Assembly: GCA_013812005.1 (NCBI GenBank)
Contig: JACCUE010000051.1
Coordinates: 1-29,228, forward strand
Reading direction: 5' to 3'
Source of the DNA: Thermoleophilaceae bacterium
GTDB taxonomy: Bacteria; Actinomycetota; Thermoleophilia; Solirubrobacterales; Thermoleophilaceae
DNA length: 29,228 nucleotides
Position 1 is the stretch's first letter. Each line of letters begins with the position of its first letter. Of this stretch, positions 15,781 through 25,740 are shown piece by piece. The translations under genes and the position numbers were made by a program. Under the pieces are notes generated by a model, which saw only the letters and a program-made list of their open reading frames with translations, did not search any database and was not told where the DNA came from.

Positions 15781-16278
15781 CTACTGGCCGGCGCCACCGG
15801 GTCGGCGGTCTTCGACGGCCGTCAGGCGGTCCGAGATGCTGTCGATCCGGTCGCCGAGGCGCGACAGCGCTCGTCCGCTGTCGGCTGTCGCATCGAGGGC
15901 GTCGACCACGTCCCTCTCGACGCCCCGCAGGCGGCGGTCGATCTTTGTGACGTCCGACTCCTCGCTGGTGCTGCGCAGCCGGCGGTCCAGCTCGCGCCGC
16001 TCTAGGTCACGCTCTCGGTTGGCACGCTCGAGCTGGGCGTTGGCCTCACGCAGACTGCGCCCCAGCGAGTTCACGCGCTCCTGATCGGCCGACTCGTCGG
16101 TCTGGATCAGCGCGTAGGCGGCGACGGCCGAGGCCGCGACGGCCAGCACGCCGAGCAGCACCAGCCAGCGGCGCACAGAGCGAAAGTCCTCGACGATCAG
16201 AGCCGGGCGTCGAGCCCGGCGAGGGGGCGGCTCCCCGGCGGGAGGCCGGTCCGTCGGCGGTGGCGGGCTCGTCGACAT
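15781..16278 (-). CDS. Single-pass membrane protein with Pro-rich N-terminus and C-terminal coiled coil
   Basis: TM WLVLLGVLAVAASAVAAYALI followed by heptad-rich helical region. Minus-strand TAGACT 11 nt upstream. Confidence 0.7.
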   Translation of the reverse strand: MSTSPPPPTDRPPAGEPPPRRARRPALIVEDFRSVRRWLVLLGVLAVAASAVAAYALIQTDESADQERVNSLGRSLREANAQLERANRERDLERRELDRRLRSTSEESDVTKIDRRLRGVERDVVDALDATADSGRALSRLGDRIDSISDRLTAVEDRRPGGAGQ

Positions 16279-16360
16279 GACCGTGCGCGAGTCTAGCGCT
16301 GACCCCGAGACGCCAGACTGCCCCGGTCGCCCGGCTTGAGGGGCCGCCGGCGCCCGCTCG

Positions 16361-16366
16361 TAGGAT
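16361..16366 (+). promoter_or_regulatory. -10 element TAGGAT for a leaderless ileS transcript
   Basis: 7 nt before in-frame GTG 16374. The ORF-track ATG at 16365 lies inside this hexamer. Confidence 0.55.
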
Positions 16367-16373
16367 GAAGCGC

Positions 16374-19460
<3,087 letters not shown>

Positions 19461-19504
19461 GCCGGCGGGGCCACCCAGCGTCAGGCTGAGACGGATCGGA
19501 TCGG

Positions 19505-19538
19505 GGAGCTTTTGCTCCGTAGGGAGGGCAAAGGCTCC
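19505..19538. terminator. Hairpin between convergent ileS and tautomerase genes (possible bidirectional terminator or REP-like element)
   Basis: GGAGCTTTTG pairs with CAAAGGCTCC, with an inner CTCC/GGAG stem. Confidence 0.4.
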
Positions 19539-19594
19539 ACGATTGGCGGCAAAGAGGGCTACCGCACCCCGACGAGGGCCACGCGCGGTGCGGC

Positions 19595-19783
19595 TCAGTC
19601 AGGCGGACCCTGGATCTCGCCGCCAATCGCCCAATCGGCCTTGGGCACGTCCACGAAGCGGATCCACACCTGGTCCGCCGGCATCTTTCCCACCTCGGCC
19701 AGCACGTCTGTGACCCCTCTTGCGACCTCTGCCTTCTGGGCGTCTGAGCGGCCCTCGAACCACTCGATGGTGACGAAGGGCAC
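19595..19783 (-). CDS. 4-oxalocrotonate tautomerase family protein
   Basis: (M)PFVTIEWFEGRSDAQK...DWAIGG with Pro-1 and Arg-11; 62 codons from GTG 19783. Confidence 0.88.
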   Translation of the reverse strand: MPFVTIEWFEGRSDAQKAEVARGVTDVLAEVGKMPADQVWIRFVDVPKADWAIGGEIQGPPD

Positions 19784-19793
19784 GGCAGCCCTA

Positions 19794-19836
19794 AGTGGTC
19801 TCCGCCGCAACGACGGTACTTTTGGCGGAGACCACT
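19794..19836. repeat. Perfect 13-bp inverted repeat with 17-nt loop directly after the trxA stop
   Basis: AGTGGTCTCCGCC (19794-19806) and GGCGGAGACCACT (19824-19836). Confidence 0.8.
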
Positions 19837-20161
19837 AAGCCACCAGCACCGGCTCGATCTCCTGGATCAGCCTGTTCTTCGGCAGCGCTCCCACGATCTG
19901 GTGCGCCACCTCGCCGTTCTTGAACAGGAGCAAGGTGGGAATCGACATCACGTTGTAGCTTGCCGCCGTCTGCGGATTGTCGTCCACGTTGATCTTCACG
20001 ACCTTGACGTCGTCGCGCTCGCCCGCCAGCTCCTCGAGGTGGGGGCCGACGACACGGCACGGACCACACCACGGCGCCCAGAAGTCCACCAGGACGGGCT
20101 CGGTGGACTCGATCACCTCGGCCTGAAAGTTGGTGTCGGAGACTTCATTGACTGCGGCCAC
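19835..20161 (-). CDS. trxA: Thioredoxin
   Basis: VLVDFWAPWCGPC, MSIPTL. SD AAGGAG 7 nt upstream of GTG 20161. Confidence 0.96.
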   Translation of the reverse strand: MAAVNEVSDTNFQAEVIESTEPVLVDFWAPWCGPCRVVGPHLEELAGERDDVKVVKINVDDNPQTAASYNVMSIPTLLLFKNGEVAHQIVGALPKNRLIQEIEPVLVA

Positions 20162-20193
20162 GTGGACTCTCCTTCGTAGAGATTCGCTGGGTG

Positions 20194-20210
20194 ATACTTC
20201 AGAAAGTATA
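20194..20210 (-). promoter_or_regulatory. trxA promoter -10 TATACT overlapped by palindrome ATACTT-N4-AAGTAT (candidate operator)
   Basis: Plus AGTATA at 20205-20210. Inverted repeat arms at 20194-20199 and 20204-20209, an AT-rich island in very GC-rich DNA. Confidence 0.6.
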
Positions 20211-20219
20211 GCGTCGGCC

Positions 20220-20948
20220 TCATCCCCTGCGTGTAGCGGTGCGAATGCGCAGCGCGGGCACCTTCCAGAAGGCTTCGAGGGCGATGCGGGCCGACATCTT
20301 GGACGCTCCCACACGGCGCTCGCGAAAGAGGATAGGCACCTCGGTCACTCGATATCCCGCCTGGATCGCGCGGTAGGTCATCTCGATCTGGAAGCCGTAG
20401 CCGTCCGTGCCGACCGAGGTCAGGTCGAGGCGCTCCAGCACCGCGCGCCGGAAGCACTTGAAGCCGCCTGTCAGGTCATTGACGTGCACGCCGAGAAGGA
20501 GCTTGGCGTAGAGCGAGCCGCCGCGGCTGATCGCGCGCCGGCCGAGACCCCAGTCGGCCACTCCGCCGCCGGGCACGTAGCGCGAGCCGAGGACCAGGTC
20601 GGCCCCCGCGGCTGCCGCCACCAGCCGCGGCAGGTCGGCGGGATCGTGTGAGAAGTCGGAGTCCATCTCCAGGACGAGATCGGCGCCGCCGCGCAGCGCG
20701 CGGTCGAAGCCGGCGAGGTAGGCGGGGCCGATGCCCTCCTTGGCGCTGCGGTGCAGCACCTCGACCTCGGCCACCTCCGTCGCGAGGCGGTCCGCGATCT
20801 CGCCGGTCCCGTCGGGGGAGCCGTCGTCCACCACGAGCACGCGGTGGTCCATGCCCGTCGCCGCGAGGTTTGGCATGGCAGCGCGCACGATGGCTTCGAT
20901 GTTCTCGGCTTCGTTGTAGGTGGGCAGCACGAGCCAGGCTCCGGACAT
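20220..20948 (-). CDS. ppm1: Polyprenol-monophosphomannose synthase (GT2)
   Basis: LPTYNEAENI, VDDGSPDGT, MDSDFSHDP, GSRYVPGG, DLTGGFKCFRR, GYGFQIEM. Confidence 0.88.
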   Translation of the reverse strand: MSGAWLVLPTYNEAENIEAIVRAAMPNLAATGMDHRVLVVDDGSPDGTGEIADRLATEVAEVEVLHRSAKEGIGPAYLAGFDRALRGGADLVLEMDSDFSHDPADLPRLVAAAAGADLVLGSRYVPGGGVADWGLGRRAISRGGSLYAKLLLGVHVNDLTGGFKCFRRAVLERLDLTSVGTDGYGFQIEMTYRAIQAGYRVTEVPILFRERRVGASKMSARIALEAFWKVPALRIRTATRRG

Positions 20949-20955
20949 GGGCGCG

Positions 20956-20962
20956 TACCCTA
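20956..20962. promoter_or_regulatory. Overlapping bidirectional -10 element (top TACCCT, bottom TAGGGT)
   Basis: Bottom hexamer lies 8 nt before the ppm1 ATG. Top hexamer lies 7 nt before the first base of repeat copy B, upstream of polX. Confidence 0.5.
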
Positions 20963-20968
20963 GGGAAA

Positions 20969-21063
20969 GGTGCGGTGCTCACCGGAGAGCCTCGGGTGCG
21001 GTGCTCGGCCGATCGGCGATCGGCCTGCGCTCCTCCCCTGACGTTCCGGCTGCGCTCCTCCCC
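20969..21063 (+). repeat. Copy B of the ~95-nt structured intergenic repeat element
   Basis: Colinear with copy A. Contains the perfect palindrome GGCCGATC-GGC-GATCGGCC and ends 7 nt before the polX GTG. Confidence 0.9.
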
Positions 21064-21070
21064 TGCTCCT

Positions 21071-22807
21071 GTGGCCCGGACACTCAAGAACTCCGAGATC
21101 GCCGCCGCCTTCGAGGAGCTCGCGACCCTCTACGAGCTGGACGGCGCAGTTGTCTACCGGGTGGTGGCCTACCGCACCGCGGCCAAGTCGATCCGCGAGT
21201 CCGGTGTCTCGGTCGCGGACATGGCCGCAAAGGGCGCAGCGCAGGAGCTGAGCGGGATCGGGAAGACGATCGCGGAGAAGATCACGGCCCTGGTGGAGAG
21301 CGGCTCGATACCCGCTGCCGACAAGCTCAAGGCCAGGATCCCGGCAGGGCTGGTGCAGATCACGAACATCCCCGGCCTGGGTCCCAAGCGCACACGCCTG
21401 CTGCACGCGCAGCTGGGGATCGAGTCCCTCGAGGATCTGCGCCAGGCCGTCGAGGATCAGCGGCTGCGCACGGTGCCGGGCTTCGGCGCCAAGGCCGAGG
21501 AGAAGGTGCTTGCCGCCCTGGCGGGCGGCGCCGACGGCCTGCCGCGGACCCGCACGCTGCTCTCCTCCGCACTCACCCTCGGAGAGGACCTGGTCGAGGG
21601 GCTGCGAGCACACGAGGCCTCTTTGCGGGTGGAGCTGGCGGGCAGCGCGCGGCGCTGGGGCGAGACCTGCAAGGACCTCGACATCGTGGCCGCGGCCGCG
21701 GACCCCGCGGCCCTTGTCGAGGCGTTCACGCGCCTGCCGGGCATCGACGAGGTCACGACGTCCGGCGAGGCCGGGGCCAGGGCGCTCACCCACCAGGGGC
21801 TGGTGGTGGACTTGAGGATCGTTGGTGAGGAGAGCTTCGGCAACCTGCTGCAGCACTTCACGGGCTCGGCAAGCCACAACGAAGCCCTGCGCACGAAGGC
21901 GGTCAAGCGGGGGCTGCACGTGAGCGAGTACGCGGTGACCGACGATGCGACCGGCGACGTCCATCGCTGCGCCACCGAGGAGGAGGTCTATGAGCTGCTC
22001 GGCATGGCCTACGTCGAGCCCGAGCTGCGCGAGAACCGCGGGGAGCTGGAGGCGGCGCGCAAGGGCGAGCTTCCCGAGCTGCTGAGGTTGGCCGACATCC
22101 GGGGCGACCTGCACTCCCACACCACGGCCTCCGACGGCCGCAACTCGATCGAGCAGATGGCCCGGGCCGCTCAGGAGCGTGGCTACGAGTACCTGGCAAT
22201 CACCGACCACTCGGCCACGCATGGCTTTGGCAACCACGTGACCCCCGACGAGCTCATGCGTCAGATCGAGCGGATCAGGGAGGTGGACGCCGGGATGGAG
22301 GGCTTCCGCGTGCTGGCCGGGACGGAGACCAATGTGCTGCCGGACGGGTCGGTGGACTACGAGGACGACCTTCTGGGCGAGCTCGACTGGGTCGTGGCCA
22401 GCGTGCACACGTCCTTCGGGATTACGGAGGAGGAGATGACCGACCGGATGGTGGCGGCGATCGAGCATCCGCTGGTCGACGTGATCGGGCATCCCACCGG
22501 CCGCCTGATCGGCCGGCGTGAGCCCTACGCCGTGGACCTCGGGAGGGTGATCGAGGCGGCGGCGCGCACTCACACGTTCCTCGAGATCAACGCGAACCCC
22601 AACCGCCGCGATCTCGACGACGTGCACGCGCGGGTGGCCGCGCGTGCCGGGGTCAGGATCCTGATCGACTCCGATGCCCACGGGACCGAGACGCTCGGCA
22701 ACATGGGTTACGGCGTGGCCACCGCCCGCCGCGCCTGGCTGAGCGCTGCCGACGTGGCCAACACCAGGTCCTGGGACGAGCTGCGGGCGCTACGTCCCCG
22801 CGGCTAG
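21071..22807 (+). CDS. polX: DNA polymerase X with C-terminal PHP domain
   Basis: N-terminal KNSEIAAAFEELA...AYRTAA, HhH GIGKTIA and GLGPKR, GSARR...KDLDI, VDLR, HFTGS, and PHP motifs HSHT..SDG, DHS, HPTGR, DSDAH. Start GTG 21071. Confidence 0.93.
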   Translation: MARTLKNSEIAAAFEELATLYELDGAVVYRVVAYRTAAKSIRESGVSVADMAAKGAAQELSGIGKTIAEKITALVESGSIPAADKLKARIPAGLVQITNIPGLGPKRTRLLHAQLGIESLEDLRQAVEDQRLRTVPGFGAKAEEKVLAALAGGADGLPRTRTLLSSALTLGEDLVEGLRAHEASLRVELAGSARRWGETCKDLDIVAAAADPAALVEAFTRLPGIDEVTTSGEAGARALTHQGLVVDLRIVGEESFGNLLQHFTGSASHNEALRTKAVKRGLHVSEYAVTDDATGDVHRCATEEEVYELLGMAYVEPELRENRGELEAARKGELPELLRLADIRGDLHSHTTASDGRNSIEQMARAAQERGYEYLAITDHSATHGFGNHVTPDELMRQIERIREVDAGMEGFRVLAGTETNVLPDGSVDYEDDLLGELDWVVASVHTSFGITEEEMTDRMVAAIEHPLVDVIGHPTGRLIGRREPYAVDLGRVIEAAARTHTFLEINANPNRRDLDDVHARVAARAGVRILIDSDAHGTETLGNMGYGVATARRAWLSAADVANTRSWDELRALRPRG

Positions 22808-23337
22808 GGAGCGGTCTCGACCCCGACGGGCACCGGCTCGACCTTGCGCATGCCCGGGGTGCGCAGCAGCTTCGGGGCCCCGAACGGCGAGCTCTTGTCG
22901 AAGTAGAAGCGCACCCCGTCGCGGTCCTCGATCGCCTGAACGGCAGCCGACTGGCGCCGCCACGTGAGCGCCACCGCGATCGCGTAGCCGGCGGCGATCG
23001 CCGGCACCTGAGGGATCAGGAAGGCCACCGCACCCGAGGCCAGGGTGAACACGCCGAGTGGCCACAGGCGGTTGAAGATGATGGCCCCCGGCTCGATGTC
23101 GGGCAGCTGGTTGGTGGCCCGCGCGCCTGCCAGCAGCCGCCCGATCCCCGATGTGGGGGCGAGCCGGCGTCCCAGCCACAGCCCTGCGGCCACGGCGAGC
23201 GCCCACCAGGACACGGCTACGATCAGCGCGACGGTGTCGTCGTCGCCCGTTGCGCCGGCGAGGGCCACCGCCGCCAGCGCGGTGCTCGCTGCGCCGAAGA
23301 GCAGGACTGCGGTCCGGAGAAAGTCGGCGAACCGCAC
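22804..23337 (-). CDS. Hypothetical four-TM membrane protein
   Basis: Four hydrophobic segments. Follows otsB in the same direction (5-bp gap); its stop overlaps the polX stop (CTAG). Confidence 0.72.
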   Translation of the reverse strand: MRFADFLRTAVLLFGAASTALAAVALAGATGDDDTVALIVAVSWWALAVAAGLWLGRRLAPTSGIGRLLAGARATNQLPDIEPGAIIFNRLWPLGVFTLASGAVAFLIPQVPAIAAGYAIAVALTWRRQSAAVQAIEDRDGVRFYFDKSSPFGAPKLLRTPGMRKVEPVPVGVETAP

Positions 23338-23342
23338 CGCGC

Positions 23343-24164
23343 CTAATCCGATTCGGCGAGGGCGATGAGAACGTCGGTGAAGCCGGGCACGCCCTCCACC
23401 ACCACGTCGGCCCGCCTGACGATCGCCTCGGGTCCCTCGGGCGAGCGCACCCCCACGCGGACAGCGGCGTCCAGCACGCCCTCGGCTGTGAGCTCGTCGA
23501 GGGCGTCGAAGGCGTCCAGGTCCGTCACGTCATCGCCGCCGTACAGGGCGGCTCGCACCGGCGAGCTCTCCACGAGCGTGCGTATGCCCTGGCCCTTGTC
23601 CACGTGCACGGGGGGGCGCACCTCGAGCACCTTGCGTCCCCAGTGGATGTCCAGCCCTGCCGCTTCGGCCTCCCGGGCCACGCCCCGAAGGATGTCCTCG
23701 GCAGCGGCTTCATCCGGCGAGCCGCGCCAATGGAAGGCCTTGATCGGCCCTTTGTCCTCCAGGCGGATGCGCAGCAGCTTGAAGTCGCGCTTGTTCTCGC
23801 GTCCGCTCACGAAGTCGCGTACGCGGCCCTCCCAGCCGGCGAAGGCGTCGACCAGCTCTGGATGCTTGGCGCCGGCGCGCAGAACCTCGGCACCATGGGA
23901 GCCCACGTAGGCGATCGCGCCGACGCCCACCAGCCGGCGCGCCTCGGCCACGGATCGCCCGGACACGCACGCCACCCTCGCGTAGCGGCGCCCGAGCCGC
24001 CCCAGGAGCACCGAGACCTCCTTGCGCACCTGGGAGTCCTCCGGCCGGCTGACGATCGGGGAGAGGGTGCCGTCGATGTCGCAGAAGATCGCCGCCCGCG
24101 ACGGATCCTGCGTGAGCGGACGGAGGCTTTCGGCGAGCGCGTTGGCCGAGGGAGCGGACACCAT
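23343..24164 (-). CDS. otsB: Trehalose-6-phosphate phosphatase (HAD superfamily); start ATG 24164 or GTG 24161
   Basis: FCDIDGTL, VSGRS, YVGSHG, EDKG..AFHWR, GRKVLEVRP, DKG, YGGDDVTDLDAF. Confidence 0.9.
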   Translation of the reverse strand: MVSAPSANALAESLRPLTQDPSRAAIFCDIDGTLSPIVSRPEDSQVRKEVSVLLGRLGRRYARVACVSGRSVAEARRLVGVGAIAYVGSHGAEVLRAGAKHPELVDAFAGWEGRVRDFVSGRENKRDFKLLRIRLEDKGPIKAFHWRGSPDEAAAEDILRGVAREAEAAGLDIHWGRKVLEVRPPVHVDKGQGIRTLVESSPVRAALYGGDDVTDLDAFDALDELTAEGVLDAAVRVGVRSPEGPEAIVRRADVVVEGVPGFTDVLIALAESD

Positions 24165-24167
24165 CCG

Positions 24168-24174
24168 TAGTATG
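24168..24174. promoter_or_regulatory. Overlapping bidirectional -10 element (top TAGTAT, bottom CATACT) in a ~17-20-bp gap
   Basis: Top hexamer lies 8 nt before ATG 24182. Bottom hexamer lies 7 nt before GTG 24161. Confidence 0.6.
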
Positions 24175-24181
24175 CCTCGCG

Positions 24182-24538
24182 ATGTCATCGAGGCTCGCTC
24201 GGCTCGCCGCTGTCGCGACCGCGGCGGGCGCCTTCAGCGGCCTGTTCGGCGTGGGAGGCGGCACCATCATCGTGCCCCTGCTGATCCTCTGGTTCGGCTA
24301 CGGGGAGCGGGAGGCCACCGGCACCTCCCTGGCCGCCATCGGGATCATCGCGGGCCTCGCCGCCGCTGCTCACGGGCTCTACGGCAACGTCGACCCGGTG
24401 AATGCGCTGCTGATCGGCCTACCCGCGGTGGGCGGCGTGCTCGCAGGCACCGCGCTCCAGCAGCGAATCCCCGAGCGGGCGGTGGCCGGGGCCTTTGCCG
24501 TGCTGCTCGTGGCGTCGGCGCTGGTACTGGTCTTCTGA
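24182..24538 (+). CDS. Half-size TauE/SafE (TSUP) family membrane protein, A
   Basis: GAFSGLFGVGGGTIIVP, ATGTSL; about 4 TM; 118 aa. Confidence 0.82.
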   Translation: MSSRLARLAAVATAAGAFSGLFGVGGGTIIVPLLILWFGYGEREATGTSLAAIGIIAGLAAAAHGLYGNVDPVNALLIGLPAVGGVLAGTALQQRIPERAVAGAFAVLLVASALVLVF

Positions 24539-24939
24539 TGGAGCTGTCCGACCTCGTGGGGGCGCTCGCGATCGGGTTCGCCGCCGGCATGGCCGGCGGT
24601 CTCGTCGGGGTCGGCGGCGGCGTGCTGATGGTGCCCGGGCTGGTGATCTTCCTGGGCGAATCGCAACTCGGGGCCCAGGCCACCTCCCTGCTCGCGATCG
24701 TCGGCGTGGCGGCTGTGGGCGCCTGGCGCCAGAACGGCTACGGCAACCTGCGCCTGCGCGACGCGGTGGTGATCGGCGCGCTCTCGCCACTCGGCGTGCT
24801 GGTGGGCACCGTTCTCGCCAACGCGCTCAGCGAACGGGTATTGGAGCTCTCGTTCGCCGCCGTCCAGACGTACTTCGCCTACCGTCTGGTGCGGCGCGCG
24901 ACCGCCTCCGCTGCGCCGCCTCAGGCGGCGAAGGGGTAG
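24538..24939 (+). CDS. Half-size TauE/SafE (TSUP) family membrane protein, B
   Basis: GMAGGLVGVGGGVLMVP, AQATSL. ATG overlaps the upstream TGA (TGATG); 133 aa. Confidence 0.82.
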   Translation: MELSDLVGALAIGFAAGMAGGLVGVGGGVLMVPGLVIFLGESQLGAQATSLLAIVGVAAVGAWRQNGYGNLRLRDAVVIGALSPLGVLVGTVLANALSERVLELSFAAVQTYFAYRLVRRATASAAPPQAAKG

Positions 24940-24949
24940 CCTCGGCTCC

Positions 24950-25279
24950 GTGACCATTCTCGAGTTCGAGACACGGGAGCAGGCCGACCGTGCGTGCGTT
25001 GCCCTCCGAGGGGAGCTGGACCTCTCGACGGCGGAGAAGGTGGAACGCGAGCTGCACCGCATCGAGAAGACCGGCACGAAGCTCGTGGTGCTTGATCTCT
25101 CCGCGCTCACCTTCCTCGACTCGACCGGGCTCAGGCTGATCGTCGGCGCCGACCAGCGCGCCCGCCGGTCGGACCGCCGCCTGGCCGTGGTGAGGGGCCC
25201 TGCGACCATTCAGCGCGTATTCACCATCACCAAGCTGGACGAGCGCCTCGAGATGGTGGACAGCGCGGGTCAGGTCTAG
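24950..25279 (+). CDS. STAS-domain anti-sigma-factor antagonist
   Basis: LRGELDLSTA, LDLSALTFLDSTGL with the phosphorylatable Ser. TAGCCT lies 7 nt before the GTG. Confidence 0.9.
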   Translation: MTILEFETREQADRACVALRGELDLSTAEKVERELHRIEKTGTKLVVLDLSALTFLDSTGLRLIVGADQRARRSDRRLAVVRGPATIQRVFTITKLDERLEMVDSAGQV

Positions 25280-25334
25280 CCATGCCCGCCGACGTGAACA
25301 GCCGCCCGGAGATCGCCGCCCTGAGGAAGGCCTT

Positions 25335-25736
25335 GTGAGGATCCTGATGCTGGTCTCCGAGGCCGCCTCCGGCGACGTGCTCAAGAGCGCGATCAGCGAG
25401 GGGGCGGCGGAGGACGCCGAGGTGCTGGTGGTGGCCCCCGCGCTGAACAGCCGGGTGCGCTTCTTCGCCTCCGATCCCGACCCCGCCATCCGACGCGCCG
25501 AGGGGGTGGCGCAGGAAACGGCCGAGCGCCTGGGCGAAGCGGGCATAGACGCCGCGGCCGACACCGGCGAGTCCGATCCGCTCCAGGCCATCGAGGACGC
25601 GCTGGTCACCTTCGATGCCGACGAAATCGTGCTCTGCACACACCACGGCGGCAAGCGAAACTGGCTCGAGGATGGAGTGGTGGACGACGCCAAGAAGCGG
25701 TTCGACCTGCCGGTCCGCCACTTCCAGTTCGACTGA
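25335..25736 (+). CDS. Universal-stress-protein-like (adenine nucleotide alpha-hydrolase fold) protein
   Basis: MRILMLV...VLVVAPA...GESDPLQAIEDAL...DEIVLCT...LPV pattern. SD-like AGGAAGG upstream. Confidence 0.65.
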   Translation: MRILMLVSEAASGDVLKSAISEGAAEDAEVLVVAPALNSRVRFFASDPDPAIRRAEGVAQETAERLGEAGIDAAADTGESDPLQAIEDALVTFDADEIVLCTHHGGKRNWLEDGVVDDAKKRFDLPVRHFQFD

Positions 25737-25740
25737 GAAG

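Noticed and set aside
20648-21070. N-terminal extension of PolX in the ORF track
   Set aside because: It overlaps ppm1 antisense and the non-coding repeat; family similarity starts only at VARTLKNSEIA (21071).
24536-24540. Frameshifted TauE pseudogene
   Set aside because: The break coincides with the repeat boundary, both halves have proper starts and intact motifs, and TGATG is a classic coupling overlap. Not fully excluded without reads.
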